A DNA stretch of 64,000 bases from Monocercomonoides exilis PA203 (Eukaryota > Protista > Preaxostyla). The translations under genes were made by a program, and so were the position numbers. Positions 61,798 through 64,000 of the stretch are shown piece by piece. Where the stretch lies: the NCBI GenBank assembly GCA_001643675.2, contig LSRY02000042.1, positions 620,001-684,000 on the forward strand, written 5' to 3'. Below the pieces are notes generated by a model, which saw only the letters and a program-made list of their open reading frames with translations, did no database searches and was not told the DNA's origin. Positions within the stretch are counted from its first letter, which is position 1, and every line of letters begins with the position of its first letter.

Positions 61798-63138
61798 TCA
61801 GAAGAAAATGAAAAAATCATTGACACTTCGTGAAAAACGACAAATTATCCGAAACACATAAGTGTATCCCAAAATAATATCTTCATATCCTTCTTCCTCC
61901 AACTTTGAGAATGCTTTTCTCTTCAGCATTTTTCGTTGCATTTCTTCGTTTTCGCTCTGCTTAAATTCTTTCAGCCAGCTTGTCAGAAACTGAAAGAATT
62001 CCAGGCAGCTTATTGTGTCATCATTATTCACTGTTGATCCACGAACATCCTCAAAAAAGAAACTTATTACTCCTCCACTTAAAATATCTTCTATGCAGAT
62101 GCGCTTTTTATACATTATAGATTTAAAAAGATGAATGCACTTATCAGCTGTTGTTTTTTTGTGCTTCTTCATTCTTCTGCATGTGCATACGAGGCAAGAA
62201 ATCACTTCAACGCAATCTGATTTGCCATTCGATGTTCTTAAAGAAAAAAATACATTAAGCACGTTTAACCATCTCATAATCACATGAGTGACTTTCTTTT
62301 CTTCTTCTCCTTTTTCATTTTTCTTCAATTCCACGCATTTCGACAGTTCTGCCAATTCTTGTACCGCCTCTCTCGCAAAATGAAGCTCATTAGCAATCAC
62401 ATATTCCAAACTACTTTCGAAGAAAAATCTGTTGATCAAAAATTGCCAAGCAGACTGATAGGCAAGTTGTGTCAGGTTGTGATGTTCCTGATGATAATGA
62501 ATGATTTTTTTGACTTCATTGATATACATGATTTTGTTCACTTTCTAAAAAGTACATAAATTGATAAAACATATGAATGCATGTCCATTGATCTCAAAAA
62601 GCCATCATACAATATTGTTAGGGAAGCAGCTCAAAGCCAGCAAATCTATTTCGGTTTCCTTTTGTTTTCCCTCGCTTTTATCATTGCATAAAGCAACTTT
62701 CATAAGGCAAGACGCGCAAACTGGAATCAATTCATCTCTCATCTTTATTTCATTTTCAAAAAGCATGAAGCAGCATTCGCAAAGATCAATCAACAATTTT
62801 TCCCTTCTTTCTTCTTTTTTCTTTAATTCCATTAAAATTAAGCTTTCAAATTTTTCACTCAATGAAGAAAAGCAAAAAGAACTGTTGTATATGTCTTTCA
62901 TCACTTTGCAATATCCAATCTGTTTTATCAGCGAAATGGCATTTTCCAAAGATAAGTTCTTTGTTTCAATCATTAAATTAATTCTATTTAATATGTCTGA
63001 ATCCAAAATTGAACACAATTCATTTCCGTTCATTTTTATAATCAATGTAATCATTTCTTCAACTTTCGCTTTTCGTTCAATCAAAGGAGTTTTTCCAATC
63101 TGCAGCAAAATATCTAATTGAAAATGTATTTTTTTCAA
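61798..63138 (-). CDS. Paralogue of 4867-6176 helical family, intron 62545-62610
   Basis: KLLIDLCECC, CLMKVAL, IIHYHQEHHNLTQLAYQSAWQFL and KLEEEGYED. Phase-0 GTATGA...TTTAG intron at the same position as in the paralogue. 5' end uncertain. Confidence 0.8.
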
Positions 63139-63524
63139 AAGTTACCGTTCAATTGAAAAGGAAAGTGGATGGGTACAAACTCATAAACATTTTTGATGAT
63201 GAGCACTTGAAAAATACAAGTGTTCATATTTCAATTCGAATTGCAAAAATTATAATTTTATTCGGTAAATCATTTTTTGAATTTGATTTTCTCAAAAAAC
63301 TTTAGCAATTAAAATGCAAACCTTTTCTAATTTCTTGCTTGCAATCATTTTGTTCAGTTAACTGAATATAACCCAAATGCAAAAAATGGTCCAAAAAGAT
63401 CAGGTGATTTCTTAATATTGTAAAATTCATTAACGTTTATAGCTTTAATATCATTTATTTTTAACTATTCAAGTGGTATTGATTGAACATTTATTGATTT
63501 ATTTTTCAAAAAAGTTCAAAAAAT

Positions 63525-63779
63525 GGGTGATTATTTTTGAAATCATATTTTTTCATTTCTAATTTTCGGTTCGAAAATTTTCATTAAATGCCAGTAAACG
63601 AACACTGAAAATTGAACAGGCTAATCCAAGAAATGTTTTTCTTTATTTTAGCTCAAATTTTTTGCTTTTGTAACATAAAAAATTATTTTCTCATTTGAAT
63701 TCAAAATCTTTTATGAGTGACAAAGAACCTTAAAAAACCAACAACCCGAAAAAAGTTATGATTTCAAGAATTATTACCC
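63525..63779. mobile_element. MITE family A copy (255 bp), TSD AAAT
   Basis: GGGTGATTATTTTTGAAATCATA...TTATGATTTCAAGAATTATTACCC flanked by AAAT/AAAT. Same length as 31905-32159. Confidence 0.8.
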
Positions 63780-64000
63780 AAATGTTCAAAAAATATTATT
63801 TAAAATATTATTAAAAAAGTTGTTCATTTCATCTCATGAATATATATATATATAGTTAGCGTTAAAAATGGTGGACACTTTCAATAACTGTGGGCAGTCG
63901 AATTTTCTCAACAACCTTTAAAAGTCGCATTTTGACAATAAACCCAATTATTCCCTCAATGAATGCAAGCTTTTGGAACACACATTAATGAAACAACTTT

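Noticed and set aside
63841-63900. Possible Tc1/mariner-like TIR after (TA)n
   Set aside because: The partner TIR would lie outside the window, so it cannot be supported.
1-64000. Alternative genetic code (TAA/TAG = Gln as in some oxymonads)
   Set aside because: PGK ends at TAA at the expected C-terminus, and long genes contain no in-frame TAR codons.

Overview
AT-rich eukaryotic protist DNA with short GT-AG spliceosomal introns and TAA/TGA/TAG used as stops. The gene families resemble those of the oxymonad Monocercomonoides (inference). Recognisable genes: a bacterial-type phosphoglycerate kinase, a cathepsin B-like protease, a CELF/Bruno RRM protein, an LMBR1/LMBRD2-like membrane protein, a small Snapin/Pallidin-like coiled-coil protein, two paralogues of a lineage-specific helical family, several Ser/Glu/Lys low-complexity proteins, and beta-helix (GGA/CGxxxxPC) surface proteins plus their pseudogenes. 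Mobile DNA: a complete Merlin/IS1595 element (TIRs and 8-bp TSD), two decayed intron-containing pogo-like transposases and two MITE families with 4-bp AWWT TSDs. The most striking object is a ~5,660-aa single-pass membrane protein. It has a beta-helix ectodomain and a cytoplasmic rod of 57 x 35-aa IQ/Sfi1-like repeats, part of it in 6-7-unit super-repeats. A spliced terminal exon missed by the ORF track adds a C-terminal SH3 domain, giving a nebulin-like layout. A tRNA-Leu/Ser-like structured element lies beside it.
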